NCBI GenBank assembly: GCA_002505685.1
Contig: DAVT01000069.1
Span: 1-38,664, forward strand
Direction: 5' to 3'
DNA from: Euryarchaeota archaeon UBA501
GTDB taxonomy: Archaea; Thermoplasmatota; Poseidoniia; Poseidoniales; Thalassarchaeaceae
Length of the DNA stretch: 38,664 bases
Part shown: positions 37,037 to 38,664 of the stretch, one piece after another
Numbering within the stretch: position 1 is the stretch's first letter
Layout of the letters: every line of letters starts with the position of its first letter
Made by a program: the position numbers and the translations under genes
The notes under the pieces: model-generated
Seen by the model: the letters and a program-made list of their open reading frames with translations, nothing else
Told to the model about the DNA's origin: nothing
Database searches by the model: none

Positions 37037-37798
37037 ATGAGCGTGGGAAAGGTCATTGTCCGCACTTCGGATTTCCGACTGGCCTATCGGTTGCTAGCCG
37101 GATTGAAGGCTAGACACGTTCGTTGTGCACATCTTGAGAAGGATGCTCCTTTGCCCCCCTCCGCCTTGGTTTGGCTGGCTACACCAGAGGAAGTTGAGGC
37201 TGCAGCAGACCCGCTAGGAATCGGCGCCACATTGGAATCAGTAGAATCTGCCATTGACCGTGCCCTGCGCTTTGTCGCGAAAGGAGGAATCATCAAGCAA
37301 TTGACATTTGGAATAGACCCAGGTCCTCGCCCCGGTCTAGCATGGGTAGGGGATGGTCGAATTCTGGGAACGGCTCAGTTCGAATCTGTGGATGCGACCA
37401 TCGATCGAATTTGTTCGTTGTCCAATGATATTGGACACACTTCCTTGACGGTGCGAATTGGAGATGGCTCCCGTACAATTTCCAATCGCTTGGCCAATGT
37501 TTGCCTCGCTCGAGGTTTGCGTGTGGAGCGTGTCGATGAGAGACGAACATCGCGTGGATTACAACGCAACCAACACCATGCATCAGCCGCTAGAATTGCG
37601 CAAATGAATGGGGAGGTTATCACTCACAAGCAACCCGTTGTTCCTACTTCAGGTGAAGTCAGAGAGGTGCAAAGATTGAGTCGAAGAATGTCGAATGGTC
37701 GAGTAACCATTTCACAAAGATTGGCCCAAGCGGTTGCAGTGGGCCGTCTTTCCATGGAAGAGGCGATTGGTCGGCAACTTCAGCGAGTGAGTTACTAG
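37037..37798 (+). CDS. Predicted RNase H-fold nuclease (YqgF/RuvX/Tex-like motifs)
   Basis: FGIDPG..PGLA, VRIGDG and VDERRTS match the YqgF-like RNase H-fold signature. Confidence 0.7.
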   Translation: MSVGKVIVRTSDFRLAYRLLAGLKARHVRCAHLEKDAPLPPSALVWLATPEEVEAAADPLGIGATLESVESAIDRALRFVAKGGIIKQLTFGIDPGPRPGLAWVGDGRILGTAQFESVDATIDRICSLSNDIGHTSLTVRIGDGSRTISNRLANVCLARGLRVERVDERRTSRGLQRNQHHASAARIAQMNGEVITHKQPVVPTSGEVREVQRLSRRMSNGRVTISQRLAQAVAVGRLSMEEAIGRQLQRVSY

Positions 37799-37810
37799 GG
37801 CCTTAAGGCC
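37799..37810. repeat. Intergenic palindrome, possible variant of the family
   Basis: GGCCTTAAGGCC immediately after a stop codon and upstream of the PD-(D/E)XK gene. Confidence 0.55.
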
Positions 37811-37845
37811 GCACCATTCAAATTGGAGGAAGTTGAGGATGACTC

Positions 37846-38442
37846 ATGGCAAACATGCATGAAGCTGGCAGAAAGGTTGTCGAAGAGTTGCGCGGGTATA
37901 TTGAAAATCATGAAGAACGAGTGGTTGTAAATCCTGCAACAGAGCATGGTCCTGATGTCATTCTTGATGGGGAAATCGAAATCGAGGTAAAAAAGTCTAC
38001 AACCTCCGTTAGTCAAGTAAGACCATGGGAATATGAGGTTCTTGTGATACATCACACCCATACAGACGACCAAGTTCGATGGTATGTTATCCCCCCTCAT
38101 ATCGTGATGATGCGAGCAGTTAACGGCGCCTCTAAACAACATGGCCACCTCCCCCTAGAATGTTGTAACCTAGGCAAACCATCTCCAGAAAACGCATTTT
38201 TTCATGAATACGAAGTGGAACCCAAAGATATTGAAAAGGCAATAATATTGGCTCATGCTCAAGGAGAGAAGGAAGATAAATTTCGAAAATTCTCTAAGGA
38301 ATTGAAAAAGCGCTATGAGGATTCTTCGGAATTTGAAAAACAACGCCTTGAAGACAAAAATAGAATAGAGGATTGTATGAGCAGTTCTGGATTTGAATTC
38401 GCTAAAGGGAAGCGCGGTGTTGTTTATCCTAAACATCAGTGA
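37846..38442 (+). CDS. Hypothetical PD-(D/E)XK-like nuclease
   Basis: HEAG..helix followed by GPDVILDGEIEIEVKKS. SD-like GAGGA upstream. AT-rich 3' half. Confidence 0.6.
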   Translation: MANMHEAGRKVVEELRGYIENHEERVVVNPATEHGPDVILDGEIEIEVKKSTTSVSQVRPWEYEVLVIHHTHTDDQVRWYVIPPHIVMMRAVNGASKQHGHLPLECCNLGKPSPENAFFHEYEVEPKDIEKAIILAHAQGEKEDKFRKFSKELKKRYEDSSEFEKQRLEDKNRIEDCMSSSGFEFAKGKRGVVYPKHQ

Positions 38443-38488
38443 TAATCAAGAAACATAGACTCTAATTTCAAAGTAGGATTACTATTGC

Positions 38489-38664
38489 TTAGACTCGCCG
38501 TCGCAATTTTTCCATCAGCGCATCCGCTTCACCCAGTGCACTGAGTGTATCTTCCAACCGTCCTTCTGAGAAGGCTGCATCGGCATCTCCTACCGCTTTT
38601 TCACAAGCACCGCGCTCTCCATCGATGGCCTTGATACCCGCAGCCTCCAACTTTTTGCGCAGGC
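38489..38664 (-). CDS. 3' end of a hypothetical alpha-helical protein (partial)
   Basis: Manual translation gives ...LRKKLEAAGIKAIDGERGACEKAVGDADAAFSEGRLEDTLSALGEADALMEKLRRRV*, with the stop at 38491-38489. Confidence 0.7.
   Translation of the reverse strand, partial: LRKKLEAAGIKAIDGERGACEKAVGDADAAFSEGRLEDTLSALGEADALMEKLRRRV

Noticed and set aside
7554..37810. Hairpin family as CRISPR repeats, MITEs or Rho-independent terminators
   Set aside because: Not arrayed, no shared stem sequence or target-site duplications, no following U-tracts, and absent from the convergent spacers.
37795..38436. Minus-strand ORFs 37795-38148 and 38170-38436
   Set aside because: They overlap the plus-strand ORF, which has an SD and a nuclease motif, and their composition is atypical.

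Overview
Gene-dense archaeal chromosomal segment, most consistent with Marine Group II Euryarchaeota (Ca. Poseidoniales). This assignment is inferred from the mix of archaeal markers (deoxyhypusine synthase, Hjc, Lhr, geranylgeranyl reductase, presenilin homolog, DUF63) with bacterial-type genes (uvrB, yaaA, folC, liu cluster) and a giant acidic CARDB surface protein. About 30 CDS are supported, including a 59-aa ORF missed by the ORF track and partial genes at both ends. No tRNA, rRNA, CRISPR or transposase is visible. The most striking unexplained signal is a family of 8 short intergenic inverted repeats. Their stems all differ in sequence but are self-complementary around a shared CC-NTA-GG (or CC-GTTA/TTAA-GG) core, and they occur only in spacers that contain a gene start. 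Other leads are a presenilin with a ~365-aa inserted ectodomain, recurrent C-terminal EEE tails, a tail-to-tail kinase/dCMP-deaminase pair and a three-nuclease cluster.
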